Virus record (IMG/VR): IMGVR_UViG_3300034418_011550
Span: 58,133-122,132 of that record
Strand: one strand, 5' to 3'
From: a virus
Length of the DNA stretch: 64,000 nt
In this document: positions 28,249-38,319 of the stretch, piece by piece
Layout of the letters: the number at the start of each line of letters is the position of its first letter
Numbering within the stretch: position 1 is the first letter of the stretch
The notes under the pieces: generated by a model
What the model saw: the letters and a program-made list of their open reading frames with translations, nothing else
Databases searched by the model: none
What the model was told of the DNA's origin: nothing
Program-made: the position numbers and the translations under genes

Positions 28249-29232
28249 ATGGCCCTCGTAGATCAAGAAAGTTTATTTACACCTTTCAAACCTAAAAAAT
28301 ACCAATCTGGAGATCCTTCAAAAGGATTAATCCAGGGTTATCAATCAAGTACATTAACTGCTCCTCGTACTCCAAGTTCCTATGCTAACCCAGAAGCTAG
28401 AGGTGTAAATGAAGCAGCAGATGGAGGACTCCCAGCACCTGCTACTCCTTCATACTCTCCACCTTCAAATTTTGATCCAGATTATCAAGCTTTATTAAAT
28501 TACGCTAACACTCAAGGTTATACACTCCCTACAGATGCTCAACAATTTGACCAAAATTATATGGTTCAGCAGTTAAAACAATTTGGTATCTGGAATAAAT
28601 TAGATTTATTTTATGTATTTGCTACTGATGGAGATGAGGATTTTGCTACATTAAACTGGAAAGCTCCATCAACCTTTAAATTAATTCCTACTAATAGCCC
28701 AACATTTACTTCCAATATTGGATTTACAGGCAATGGAACAGACCAATATCTAGATTCAGAATGGGCAGCAACTTCAGGATCAAATTTCACAGCTAATAAT
28801 GCTTCCCATGGTGTTTTCACAAATTCTCATCGAGGTGGAAATGCTACAGGTAATATAGGATATCATGGGCAAGGAGGAAGTGGTACTTATAATTTTATAT
28901 CATATCAATTAAGTAATTTTACAAATTATAGCCAACTAAACGGATTATCAGATTCAACTCAACAAAATAATTTTACCTCTTTTAGAGCTGTAACCTTTAA
29001 CTCATCATTATTCAAAGTATGGCAAGGTTTTAAAGCATTTGTAACCTCCAAATCAGGTGGAAATATAAGTGATGATCCTATGAGAATTATGCAACGATCA
29101 GTTTCTGGTACTGAATATTATGCTCCTAGTAGTGTAGAATTTAAAGCAGATTTTTGGGGTAGTTCTTTAAGTGACTATGAAATAACGAATATTATAACAA
29201 CTGTAACTGGTTATATTGGTAAATTGTCTTAA
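28249..29232 (+). CDS. Hypothetical protein, possibly virion/fibre-associated
   Basis: Pro/Ser-rich N-terminus, then a Gly/Asn/Thr-rich beta-rich domain (WNKLDLFYVFATDGD..FATLNWKAP); preceded by ATATTTAT. Confidence 0.4.
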   Translation: MALVDQESLFTPFKPKKYQSGDPSKGLIQGYQSSTLTAPRTPSSYANPEARGVNEAADGGLPAPATPSYSPPSNFDPDYQALLNYANTQGYTLPTDAQQFDQNYMVQQLKQFGIWNKLDLFYVFATDGDEDFATLNWKAPSTFKLIPTNSPTFTSNIGFTGNGTDQYLDSEWAATSGSNFTANNASHGVFTNSHRGGNATGNIGYHGQGGSGTYNFISYQLSNFTNYSQLNGLSDSTQQNNFTSFRAVTFNSSLFKVWQGFKAFVTSKSGGNISDDPMRIMQRSVSGTEYYAPSSVEFKADFWGSSLSDYEITNIITTVTGYIGKLS

Positions 29233-29257
29233 AAATTAATTTTTATATTTTTAAATT

Positions 29258-29290
29258 AAGCTTGGGAAACCAAGCTTTTTTTATTATGTT
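29258..29290 (+). terminator. GNRA hairpin terminator overlapping the sliding-clamp promoter
   Basis: AAGCTTGG-GAAA-CCAAGCTT followed by a T-run; TTGGGA-N17-TATGTT. Confidence 0.7.
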
Positions 29291-29296
29291 AATAAT

Positions 29297-30037
29297 GTGA
29301 TAGAAAAATTAGACTTAGTATCAATCATCTCAAAATACTACCTAAATGGTATGATTGAAGCCGTTAAATGGGAAATTAAAAATAACAAATTAACTATTAA
29401 GTTTACTGCTCCTGATAAAACAATGATTGGAGTTGTAACTTGTGATGATTTTAATTTAGAAGATTCAGACATTGGTATTAGTAATACTACTCAATTAAAT
29501 AAGTTACTTGCTATTACAAATGGTTATTTAACTTTAGAGTATCAAAAACAACATAAACTAATTACTAAACTTATTATAGCAGACAATCAATTTACTCTAA
29601 ATTATGCTTTAGCTGATACTATGATTATTCCTAAAGCAGGAGAATATGTTGGTGATGGTAAATACAATATTGAAGCTTTGTTAGATAACGAAAGTATAAG
29701 CGCTATAGTACGAGCAAAATCAGCACTCGCAGATACTGATACAGTTGTATTTAAGCCGTTTACTAACGATGATGGTGATTTACAGTTAGAAATGGAATTT
29801 GGAGGTAATATTGAATACTCAAATAAAGTATCATTTTACATACCAGACATTACAACTAATAATTTACCTGTTGATTTTAAAGTCAATTATAATTCTAATT
29901 TAATTAAAGAAATTATGTATTGTAATAAAGATGTTCCAACAGGAACTATGGAAATCAATTTAGATGGAATTATGAAACTTTCATTTGATAATGATAAAGT
30001 TAAAAGTGAGTATTATATTGTTGCAAAGGAAATCTAA
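29297..30037 (+). CDS. DNA polymerase sliding clamp (gp45/PCNA-like)
   Basis: Size (246 aa), two-domain beta-alpha pattern, and position near polB and the clamp loader. Confidence 0.65.
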   Translation: MIEKLDLVSIISKYYLNGMIEAVKWEIKNNKLTIKFTAPDKTMIGVVTCDDFNLEDSDIGISNTTQLNKLLAITNGYLTLEYQKQHKLITKLIIADNQFTLNYALADTMIIPKAGEYVGDGKYNIEALLDNESISAIVRAKSALADTDTVVFKPFTNDDGDLQLEMEFGGNIEYSNKVSFYIPDITTNNLPVDFKVNYNSNLIKEIMYCNKDVPTGTMEINLDGIMKLSFDNDKVKSEYYIVAKEI

Positions 30038-30056
30038 TTATGTATATTTATAACAA

Positions 30057-30560
30057 AGTGAAACCTTAGGGAACACTAAAATCATCTTAGGAGATTAAAA
30101 TTATGACACATTTAAAAATTTTTGAAAATTCAATTACACCGTTTGACATCCTATTTAAGGATTTCTTCAAATCAGAATTAAACTTCCAACCAGCCATTGA
30201 GGCTAAATTTCCCCATCCGGTAGACATTTATGAAAACAAGAATGGACTTCATTTTGAAGTTGCTTGTACTGGTCTAACTAAAGAAGATATTGACCTAAGT
30301 TTAGAAGGTGATGTCTTAAAAATTGCTTACGACAAAAAAGAAGAAGATAAATGTTGTGATGTTAATGATTGCAACTATATCAAAAAAGGTATTGCTCGTA
30401 GGTCCTTTAATTTAGGTTATAAAATCGTAAACAAGTTTGATTTGTCAAAAGCTGAGGCTGAGATGAATAATGGCTTATTAAAAATTTCTATTCCATTTGC
30501 TGAAGAAGCAAAACCAAAAACATTAAAAATTAAGTAAAACCGTTCTCCTAAGGTTTCACT
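30057..30560. repeat. Perfect 14-bp inverted repeat flanking hsp20
   Basis: AGTGAAACCTTAGG (30057-30070) / CCTAAGGTTTCACT (30547-30560). Confidence 0.9.
30103..30537 (+). CDS. hsp20: Small heat-shock protein (Hsp20/alpha-crystallin)
   Basis: PVDIYE, GLTKEDI, GIARRSF, AEMNNGLLKISIP. Confidence 0.92.
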   Translation: MTHLKIFENSITPFDILFKDFFKSELNFQPAIEAKFPHPVDIYENKNGLHFEVACTGLTKEDIDLSLEGDVLKIAYDKKEEDKCCDVNDCNYIKKGIARRSFNLGYKIVNKFDLSKAEAEMNNGLLKISIPFAEEAKPKTLKIK

Positions 30561-30565
30561 AAGTT

Positions 30566-30763
30566 ATGAAAATGCATTTAATCAAAACTAATAATGATAT
30601 TCTTTATCAGGTAATTCATCAAGAACCTGAAACAAAACAAATTGACACTGAAAAGATGAGAATTAAACATCATTGTACAGATGTATTTAGAAAAGATGGA
30701 ATGTATTGGTTTGTTAGATTAATAGAAGAAGCTCAAATAATTGAGGAAAGTTTGGACAATTAA
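30566..30763 (+). CDS. Hypothetical protein
   Basis: ORF with AAGTTATG start context. Confidence 0.45.
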   Translation: MKMHLIKTNNDILYQVIHQEPETKQIDTEKMRIKHHCTDVFRKDGMYWFVRLIEEAQIIEESLDN

Positions 30764-30786
30764 AAAAATTATGTTAAATTATAGTT

Positions 30787-31080
30787 ATGGCTAAAGAAAA
30801 AGAATACACACGTACTATCACTGACCCTGAAATGGAACCTTATTTCCTTTCAGTTGATGACAACAATGTTACTGTTAATGTTAAAGTTACGCCTGATGCT
30901 CGTTACACTGACTCTACTACAGAGTATGTAAAAACTATAGGTCATTATAGTAGAGTAAGTACAGCTTTAAAAACAGTTATTAATGAAAAAGTAAATAGTC
31001 AATCATATGAGTCTTTAAGAGACTATATGGATGAGTATAATACTGTTACTGAAAAACTAAATAAAATATTAAATTTTTAA
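30787..31080 (+). CDS. Hypothetical protein
   Basis: ORF downstream of the promoter at 30752. Confidence 0.5.
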   Translation: MAKEKEYTRTITDPEMEPYFLSVDDNNVTVNVKVTPDARYTDSTTEYVKTIGHYSRVSTALKTVINEKVNSQSYESLRDYMDEYNTVTEKLNKILNF

Positions 31081-31083
31081 AAT

Positions 31084-31371
31084 ATGTTAGAAGCAATTTA
31101 TAATGCAGTTATTGTAAAACCTGTTGAGGAAGAAGAAACCTCATATGGTGGAATTATTGTCCCTGACCTAGGGAATGAAAAAAATAAATTAGCAGAAGTA
31201 GTAGCAGTTGGACCTGGTTACTATTCAGCTAATGGTACTTTAGTTGAAACTGTACTTAAAGTAGGAGATACAGTAGTATTACCTACTATGGGTTTTAGTA
31301 AAATGGAGTATGAAGGTGAAGAGTATTGGTTGGGTCCTGAAAATCAAGTTTTAGCAAAAATAAATAAGTAA
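31084..31371 (+). CDS. groES: Co-chaperonin GroES
   Basis: GGIIVPD, VVAVGPG, LKVGDTV; adjacent to groEL. Confidence 0.92.
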   Translation: MLEAIYNAVIVKPVEEEETSYGGIIVPDLGNEKNKLAEVVAVGPGYYSANGTLVETVLKVGDTVVLPTMGFSKMEYEGEEYWLGPENQVLAKINK

Positions 31372-31372
31372 T

Positions 31373-32986
31373 ATGAGTAAAATTATAGAATTTGGTCCCG
31401 ATGCAAGGGAAAAAATGATTAATGGTATTGATAAACTAGCTAATGCTGTAACATCAACACTTGGTCCTAATGGACGAAATGTAGTTATTGCAAACGGAGG
31501 TATTCCACAATCAACTAAAGATGGTGTAACAGTAGCTAAATCAATTACCTTAGAAGATCCAATTGAAGAATTGGGTGTACAATTAGTTAAACAAGCAGCT
31601 ATTAAGACTGCTGATAATGCTGGTGATGGTACTACAACTTCAACTTTGTTGGCTCGTGAAATGGCTAAACAAGGTCTTAAGTATCTTAACCATGGAGAAA
31701 ATGCTGTTGAAATTAAACGTAGTATTGATAAAGCAGTAAAAGAAGTAGTTGAACATCTACGTCATGAAATTAAAGAAGATATTTCAGATGAGGAACAACT
31801 TAAACAAATTGCAACAATTTCAGCTAATAATGATTCTGAAGTAGGAGAATTAATTGCTACAGCAATGCAAAAAGTAGGTCGTGAGGGAGTTGTATTCATT
31901 GAAGAGTCTAAAAATGGTGAAACATATCTTGAAACAGTAGAAGGTATGCAGTTTGACAGAGGTTATAAATCACCTTATTTTGTGACTGATAATAACTCAA
32001 TGAGTACTACTTTAAATGATGCTTTGATTTTGATTGCCGATAAGCGTTTTACTCAAGTAAAAGAGTTGTTGCCTATTTTAGAAGCTGTATCTAACCAAAA
32101 TAAACCTTTAGTATTGATTGCTGAAGATATTGATGGTGAAGCATTAGCTACTTTAATTGTAAACAAAGCAAGAGGTATTTTAAAAGTTGTAGCAGTTAAA
32201 GCCCCTGACTTTGGTGACCGTCGTAAATTGATTCTTGAAGACATTGCTACCATGACAGGTGGCCAAGTATTCAGTACTGAAAAAGGTATGAAATTAGATA
32301 AATTTAGTTGGGATTGGTTTGGTCAAGCTCGAGTAGTTACTGTAGGTAAAGATGAAACTACTATTGTAGATGGTAAAGGTGATGCTGATAAAATTGCTGA
32401 ACGTATTGAAGAACTTCAAACACAAATTGATAAATCTGTTTCTCCATATGAAAAAGAAAAATTACAAGAACGTTTAGCTAAGTTTATTGGTGGTGTTGCT
32501 GTTGTTCATGTAGGTGGATTTACAGAAGCTGAAATGAAAGAAAAGAAAGACCGAGTAGATGATGCTTTACAAGCTACTAAAGCCGCTCTTGAAGAAGGTA
32601 TTGTACCTGGTGGTGGAATGGCTTTGCTACACTCTCGAAATGGTATTAGTGATTTTAATACTATTGGTGGTCGAATTGTTTATAATGCCTGTGCTGAACC
32701 ATTTAAGAAAATTTTAGCCAATGCTGGTTATGAACAAGAAGATATATATAATGCCTTATCAGGAGCAACAGGAGGTGATTATTGGTATGGATTTAATTTG
32801 AATGATGAAGATTTCTGTGATATGAGAGAAATTGGAGTAATTGATCCAGCTAAAGTAACTCGTACAGCTCTTGAGAACGCAGCTTCAGTAGCTGGTACTA
32901 TCTTATTGACAGAAGCAGTTGTTGTTGACAAACCTGAGGATAAAAAAGATGATGCTGGGTTTGGAGACATGATGGGAATGATGTAA
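31373..32986 (+). CDS. groEL: Chaperonin GroEL
   Basis: [49 protein letters not shown]-terminal GM repeats. Confidence 0.97.
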   Translation: MSKIIEFGPDAREKMINGIDKLANAVTSTLGPNGRNVVIANGGIPQSTKDGVTVAKSITLEDPIEELGVQLVKQAAIKTADNAGDGTTTSTLLAREMAKQGLKYLNHGENAVEIKRSIDKAVKEVVEHLRHEIKEDISDEEQLKQIATISANNDSEVGELIATAMQKVGREGVVFIEESKNGETYLETVEGMQFDRGYKSPYFVTDNNSMSTTLNDALILIADKRFTQVKELLPILEAVSNQNKPLVLIAEDIDGEALATLIVNKARGILKVVAVKAPDFGDRRKLILEDIATMTGGQVFSTEKGMKLDKFSWDWFGQARVVTVGKDETTIVDGKGDADKIAERIEELQTQIDKSVSPYEKEKLQERLAKFIGGVAVVHVGGFTEAEMKEKKDRVDDALQATKAALEEGIVPGGGMALLHSRNGISDFNTIGGRIVYNACAEPFKKILANAGYEQEDIYNALSGATGGDYWYGFNLNDEDFCDMREIGVIDPAKVTRTALENAASVAGTILLTEAVVVDKPEDKKDDAGFGDMMGMM

Positions 32987-32992
32987 TAAAGT

Positions 32993-33193
32993 ATGCAAGA
33001 CGCAGTATCACTCATAGGAAAAAAATTAACAATAGGAGAAGAACTTTTTGAAATAAAAGGAGTACATTTTGTACCACAAGCTACTCACCCTAAACATAAT
33101 ATCTACTTTAGTCTTAAAACAACAGATAAAGGTATTATAAATTATTCTTATGATGTGATACTGCCTTACTTTAAAACACAAATTAAGTTATGA
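32993..33193 (+). CDS. Hypothetical protein
   Basis: ORF within the operon. Confidence 0.4.
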   Translation: MQDAVSLIGKKLTIGEELFEIKGVHFVPQATHPKHNIYFSLKTTDKGIINYSYDVILPYFKTQIKL

Positions 33194-33453
33194 AAAAAGA
33201 AGTTATAGAAAACCTAATAGAGATTGCAGACCGAATGCCACCAGGTGATAGATGGAAAGTAAAGGGGGTTGAAGCAATTCAACCCACCTTAACTGACGCT
33301 TTAGAAGCGTTTTATCAAGTGGCGAATAATAAACCTATTGCTTTTCGTTTAGATTTGGCTCAAGGAAAACTTTATGCTATCTTTACAGATGAAGTAGAAA
33401 TTAAAGAACCTGAACCTAAAAAATATTCAATATATGGTGACTACCAGCTCTAA
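33190..33453 (+). CDS. Hypothetical protein
   Basis: ORF within the operon, ATGA overlap. Confidence 0.45.
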   Translation: MKKEVIENLIEIADRMPPGDRWKVKGVEAIQPTLTDALEAFYQVANNKPIAFRLDLAQGKLYAIFTDEVEIKEPEPKKYSIYGDYQL

Positions 33454-34375
33454 ACAACATACCCTATGGGTTGAAAAGTATCGTTCTCAAGATCTTTCTA
33501 CATATGTAGGAAACGAACAAATTAAAGGTACTATTTCTAAGTATCTAGAACAAAATGATATTCAAAATTTTATTTTCTACGGCACAGCCGGTACTGGTAA
33601 AACTACTCTTGCTAAACTTATTGTTAACAATCTTAATTGCGATTATCTCTATATTAATGCTTCCGATGAACGTGGTATTGATACTATTAGGGATAAGGTC
33701 CAGGGTTTCTCGTCTGTGGCGTCTTTTAAGCCGCTCAAAGTTGTCATCTTGGATGAGGCTGATTTCCTTACTATACAGGCTCAGGCGTCGTTAAGAAACA
33801 TTATTGAGACATTTTCAAGAACAACTCGATTTATTTTAACTTGTAATTATATTGAGCGTATTATTGATCCGCTCCAGTCTCGTTGTCAAGTTTTAAAAAT
33901 TGTTCCTCCATCTAAATCAGAAGTAGCTTCACATGTTAGTGATATTCTTAAACAAGAAGAAGTTGAAATTGGTTTAGATGATTTAAAACTAGTAGTTAAT
34001 CAATTTTATCCTGACATTCGTAAAATGTTAAATACATTACAAATGAGTGTTAATAATGGTGAAATATCCATTGATAAAGACATATTAGTGTCTAGTAACT
34101 ACAAAAATAAAGTCCTCATGGAATTATGTAAACCAAGTTCTAAGTCGTTTAATAACATTAGACAAATTATAGCTGACTCTGGAGTTAATGATTATGAGGA
34201 CTTATTTAGATTTTTATTTGATAATATAGATAAATATGCTTCTACTAATGCTGGTGAAGTAATTATTTATATTGAAGAGTATCAATATCATTCTAATTTT
34301 AGAATTGATAAAGAGATAAATGTAATGGCTTTAATTTCTCGAATATTAGCTGTTATTGAAAAAAGAGTATTATGA
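33434..34375 (+). CDS. Clamp loader AAA+ subunit (RFC small / T4 gp44-like)
   Basis: LWVEKYR, GTAGTGKTT, NASDERGID, ILDEAD, SRC. Confidence 0.92.
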   Translation: MVTTSSKQHTLWVEKYRSQDLSTYVGNEQIKGTISKYLEQNDIQNFIFYGTAGTGKTTLAKLIVNNLNCDYLYINASDERGIDTIRDKVQGFSSVASFKPLKVVILDEADFLTIQAQASLRNIIETFSRTTRFILTCNYIERIIDPLQSRCQVLKIVPPSKSEVASHVSDILKQEEVEIGLDDLKLVVNQFYPDIRKMLNTLQMSVNNGEISIDKDILVSSNYKNKVLMELCKPSSKSFNNIRQIIADSGVNDYEDLFRFLFDNIDKYASTNAGEVIIYIEEYQYHSNFRIDKEINVMALISRILAVIEKRVL

Positions 34376-34587
34376 GACAATTCCTAAAGTTCCTATTAAT
34401 TTGGATTAGTCAAAACTTAGCAATACCTTTCTGGATGGTAGGTCATGTTCATTTAATGACAACAATTTATCAAGATATACATGAAATTATTATGAGTATG
34501 GGTATGAACATTATAGTATTAATAGGATTTATTTTAGATTATAAACAACAAAAACAAAATGAAAAATCAACAACAAATGAACATTAA
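34372..34587 (+). CDS. Small membrane protein
   Basis: Two hydrophobic segments. Confidence 0.45.
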   Translation: MRQFLKFLLIWISQNLAIPFWMVGHVHLMTTIYQDIHEIIMSMGMNIIVLIGFILDYKQQKQNEKSTTNEH

Positions 34588-34804
34588 CATTGATTTGTCT
34601 AAGACAACATCAGTAGAAACTTCAACTGGTAAAAAAGTATGGAGTCAAGGAATTATTATTCGTAAAGTATCTAAATTTATAGTAGGAGCTGAAGAAGATG
34701 CTTTAGTACCTATCCCAGTATTTTATGATGCTGAAACAGGAGAAATTTTGACTGAAACTTTACCTAAAGAATTAAGGGAAGAATATTCAAATGACAATCT
34801 TTGA
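34559..34804 (+). CDS. Hypothetical protein
   Basis: ORF within the operon. Confidence 0.5.
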   Translation: MKNQQQMNINIDLSKTTSVETSTGKKVWSQGIIIRKVSKFIVGAEEDALVPIPVFYDAETGEILTETLPKELREEYSNDNL

Positions 34805-35210
34805 TTGGTTAAAACAAATCACAACAGATAAAAAACCTTGGTCATCTTTTACAGAAGGCCAGCGAGAATCATTTAATTCTTACATGGTTCATAGATTTGT
34901 AAGTATGTATGAAGGATACACTGAGGTTGCAAATTACGGCCAAAGAATCCCTTATCCTGAAAAAGAAAAAACTTATAAATATTACTGTACTATGTTACCT
35001 AAAAAGAATGTGTTCCTAAAATATATTAAATCATCTAAGAAGAGACCTAATATTGATTTATTAAAATACATAGCTGATTATTATGTTGTTTCACTTGGAG
35101 AAGCTGAAGATTATATTTATCTTCTAAAACGAGAAGGGATAGAACATGTTCTTGAAAAATCAGGAGTTAATGAAAAAGAAATTAAAAAGTTATTAAAAGA
35201 AATAAAATGA
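34791..35210 (+). CDS. Clamp loader small subunit (T4 gp62-like)
   Basis: F..L..I...KK...FNSYMVHRFVS...LPKK..F.KY.K pattern; near the gp44-like gene. Confidence 0.65.
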   Translation: MTIFDWLKQITTDKKPWSSFTEGQRESFNSYMVHRFVSMYEGYTEVANYGQRIPYPEKEKTYKYYCTMLPKKNVFLKYIKSSKKRPNIDLLKYIADYYVVSLGEAEDYIYLLKREGIEHVLEKSGVNEKEIKKLLKEIK

Positions 35211-35410
35211 GAGGAAAAATTATTGACGCTGTAAAATCACATGCTCAAGGTCATGTTGACAAACATTTAGCCAATATTGAAGTCTATCTTTCTAACCCAG
35301 TTGGGGTAGGAGAACATCCAGACATTATTGAAGCTATTGAAATGGAATTAGAACAAGTAGCTAAATATCAAGATCAATTAGATATTATTAATAAGTATTT
35401 TCCAAGATAA
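35207..35410 (+). CDS. Hypothetical protein
   Basis: Helical ORF with NPVGVGEHPD. Confidence 0.5.
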   Translation: MRGKIIDAVKSHAQGHVDKHLANIEVYLSNPVGVGEHPDIIEAIEMELEQVAKYQDQLDIINKYFPR

Positions 35411-35413
35411 GTT

Positions 35414-35698
35414 ATGACAAAAAATAGTGATATTTATGGAGTCACACATAGTGATTCATTAATTGAAGCTTTAGAGAAATCTAAACGACAATATGAAGAA
35501 GCAACTTTTACTCCTGACTCTATTGTCCAGTCTGTTATGAATAAATTTCATACTAGAGCTGAAATGGGTTATAAAAAATACAACAATACTTTAGATAGAA
35601 ATGATTTCACAGTATTAGAATGGATTGAGAATGCTCAAGAAGAACTAATGGATGGAATTTTATATCTTGAGAAGTTGAAAAAAACACTAGGTGGGTAA
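35414..35698 (+). CDS. All-alpha nucleotide-metabolism protein (MazG-like pyrophosphatase or T7 gp1.7-like kinase)
   Basis: RAEMGYKKY..TLDRND...AQEELMDGILY (EExxD acidic helix). Confidence 0.4.
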   Translation: MTKNSDIYGVTHSDSLIEALEKSKRQYEEATFTPDSIVQSVMNKFHTRAEMGYKKYNNTLDRNDFTVLEWIENAQEELMDGILYLEKLKKTLGG

Positions 35699-36644
35699 AA
35701 AGAAAAAAATACCAGCTATTGTAAAGCAAATCAAACAGCATACTCTTAAAGAAATCAATTACGCTTTTGAAAAGTCGATTTCTTATAGTCAGTTGTCAAT
35801 GTTTAATGCTTGTCCACATAAATGGAGTCTTCAATATAAAGACGGCTATTATGTTTCTGAATCGTCTATCCATATGACTTTTGGAACTGCGTTACATGAA
35901 GCATTACAGCATTATATAACAACTATATATGAGGTTAGTGGGGCTGAAGCTGACCGTATCAACATAGAAGAGTATTTTGAAGACCGTTTTAGAGAAGTTT
36001 ATTTAAAAGACTATAAGTCTAATAAAAATGTTCATTTCTCTAACTCATTTGAAATGAGGGAGTTTTTTGAAGATGGTTTAGCTATTATAAACTACATCAA
36101 GAAAAACAGAGGTGGTTATTTTGGTAAACGAGGCTGGTATTTAGTAGGATGTGAAATTCCCATATCATTAAATCCTCATTCAGAATATAAAAATGTATTC
36201 TATAGAGGATATCTTGATGTAGTATTATATCATGAACCAACTAATAAATTTAAAATTTTAGATATTAAAACATCTACTAAAGGTTGGGATGATTATGCTA
36301 AAAAAGATGAGATCAAACAAATGCAATTAATTTTATATAAAAAGTTTTTTGCTCAACAGTTTGGTGTTTCTGAAGATAATATTGATATTGAATTTTTTAT
36401 TGTCAAAAGAAAAGTATGGGAAGATTCACCTTACCCTATATCTAGAGTACAAGAATTTAAACCAGCAAGTGGTAAAGTAAAGATTAATAAAGCAACTAAT
36501 ACAATTAAAGGATTTATAGAGGAAGTATTTAACAATGATGGTTCTTATAAAAATAAACAATATGAACCAAATGCTAGTGATTGGAATTGTAGATTTTGTC
36601 CTTTTAAAGATCGCAAAGAATTATGTAATAAAGGCGTATCTTAG
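35691..36644 (+). CDS. PD-(D/E)xK exonuclease (Cas4/RecB-like)
   Basis: ISYSQL..F..CP, FG..LHE, GYLDV, ILDIKTS, QL.LY, C-terminal CRFCPF. Confidence 0.82.
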   Translation: MGKKKKIPAIVKQIKQHTLKEINYAFEKSISYSQLSMFNACPHKWSLQYKDGYYVSESSIHMTFGTALHEALQHYITTIYEVSGAEADRINIEEYFEDRFREVYLKDYKSNKNVHFSNSFEMREFFEDGLAIINYIKKNRGGYFGKRGWYLVGCEIPISLNPHSEYKNVFYRGYLDVVLYHEPTNKFKILDIKTSTKGWDDYAKKDEIKQMQLILYKKFFAQQFGVSEDNIDIEFFIVKRKVWEDSPYPISRVQEFKPASGKVKINKATNTIKGFIEEVFNNDGSYKNKQYEPNASDWNCRFCPFKDRKELCNKGVS

Positions 36645-36688
36645 TAGATCCCAATATATTTATATACGATATTAAATTAATAAAAGCT

Positions 36689-36880
36689 ATGAGTAAAAAA
36701 GATATGACATTAACCTCTGTTAAAGTACAGAGTGAGTTATTTGACAATTTCAAGATTGCATGTGTTAAGTACAAATTTTCTTTACAAAAACTTGCAGACC
36801 GCACTATTCATTTGTATCTTACAGATGAAGATTTTAGAAAAAAAGTACACTCACATAACAACTTAGAAATTAAAGATTAA
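36689..36880 (+). CDS. Ribbon-helix-helix-like DNA-binding protein
   Basis: TLTSVKV beta strand followed by two helices; sits at the head of the glycosylation island. Confidence 0.55.
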   Translation: MSKKDMTLTSVKVQSELFDNFKIACVKYKFSLQKLADRTIHLYLTDEDFRKKVHSHNNLEIKD

Positions 36881-36882
36881 AA

Positions 36883-38319
36883 ATGGAATCACGTTTTGAA
36901 TATCTTCCTCCTGAGAAGAGGAAAAAAATTGTTTTTATCTCTGATGATTTAAGAGTTCACTCAGGAATTGCTACTGTAGCGAGAGAAATTGTAATTCATA
37001 CAGCCCATCATTTTAATTGGGTAAGTGTAGGAGGAGCTGTTAAACATAATGAGGAAGGTAAAAGATTAGATTTATCTCAATCAACTAATGAAGTAAATGG
37101 CTTAAAAGATTCATCAGTTATAATGTATCCCGTTAGTGGATATGGTAATCCTGATTTTTTAAGACAATTAATTGAATTTGAGAAACCAGATGCTATAATG
37201 ATGATCACTGATCCTCGTTATTATATTTGGTTGTTCCAAATGGAAAATGAAATTAGAAGAAAAATTCCTATTGTTTATTTAAACATTTGGGATGATTATC
37301 CTGCTCCACTTTATAATAAACCATATTATGAAGCTTGTGATTTATTAATGGGTATTTCAAAACAAACAGTAAACATTAATAGACTTGTGTTAGGTGATAA
37401 AGCTGATAAAAAACTTCTTAAATATATTCCTCATGGATTAAATCATAATGTGTTTAAACCTTTAGATAAAAAAGATCCTAAACTATTAGAGTTTAAAAAC
37501 AAATTATTTAAAGGTAAAGAATATGATTTCGCTTTATTGTTTAATTCTAGAAACATTAGGCGTAAACAAATTCCTGATACTATTTTGGCTTATAGATATT
37601 TCATTGATAACTTACCTAAAGAACAAGCTAAAAAATGTTGTTTGATTTTACATACTGAAAGATCATTAGAGCATGGTACTGATTTGGAAGCAGTGATTGA
37701 ATTACTTTTAAATGAAGATCATTATAATGTAGAATTTACAGATGCTAAATTCAACCCAGAACAAATGAATTACTTATATAATAGTACAGATGCTCAAATA
37801 TTATTAACTTCAAATGAAGGATGGGGTTTGAGTATTACTGAAGCTATTTTAGCTGGTAATTTAATTATTGCTAATGTAACTGGTGGTATGCAAGATCAAA
37901 TGAGATTTGAAGATGAGGAGGGTAATTGGTTTACTCCAAGTGCTGATGTACCATCAAACCATACTGGAAAATATAAAAAACATGGTGAGTGGGCATTTCC
38001 AGTTTATCCAACCTCAAGAACATTAGTTGGTTCACCACCAACACCTTATATTTGGGACGACACTTGTAGACCAGAAGATGCTGCTGAACAAATTATGAAT
38101 GTTTATTCTTTAACTAAAGAAGAAAGACAATCAAAAGGTTTTAAAGGTAGAGAATGGGCCTTAAGTGATGAAGCAGGTTTTACCTCTTATCATCAAGCTG
38201 AAAGAGTGATGGACTCTATAAATGAATTATTTAATACTTGGGAACCAAGAGAAAAATATGAATTAATAAATGTAAATACTTATCCTGATAGAGTTATAAA
38301 TCATAAATTGTTATATTAA
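36883..38319 (+). CDS. GT-B (GT4-like) glycosyltransferase
   Basis: SGIATVARE, NSRNIRRK, SNEGWGLSITEA. Confidence 0.85.
   Translation: MESRFEYLPPEKRKKIVFISDDLRVHSGIATVAREIVIHTAHHFNWVSVGGAVKHNEEGKRLDLSQSTNEVNGLKDSSVIMYPVSGYGNPDFLRQLIEFEKPDAIMMITDPRYYIWLFQMENEIRRKIPIVYLNIWDDYPAPLYNKPYYEACDLLMGISKQTVNINRLVLGDKADKKLLKYIPHGLNHNVFKPLDKKDPKLLEFKNKLFKGKEYDFALLFNSRNIRRKQIPDTILAYRYFIDNLPKEQAKKCCLILHTERSLEHGTDLEAVIELLLNEDHYNVEFTDAKFNPEQMNYLYNSTDAQILLTSNEGWGLSITEAILAGNLIIANVTGGMQDQMRFEDEEGNWFTPSADVPSNHTGKYKKHGEWAFPVYPTSRTLVGSPPTPYIWDDTCRPEDAAEQIMNVYSLTKEERQSKGFKGREWALSDEAGFTSYHQAERVMDSINELFNTWEPREKYELINVNTYPDRVINHKLLY

Noticed and set aside
35691-36644. Cas4-like nuclease as part of a CRISPR-Cas system
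   Set aside because: No other cas genes and no repeat-spacer array; stand-alone PD-(D/E)xK nucleases are common in phage replication modules.
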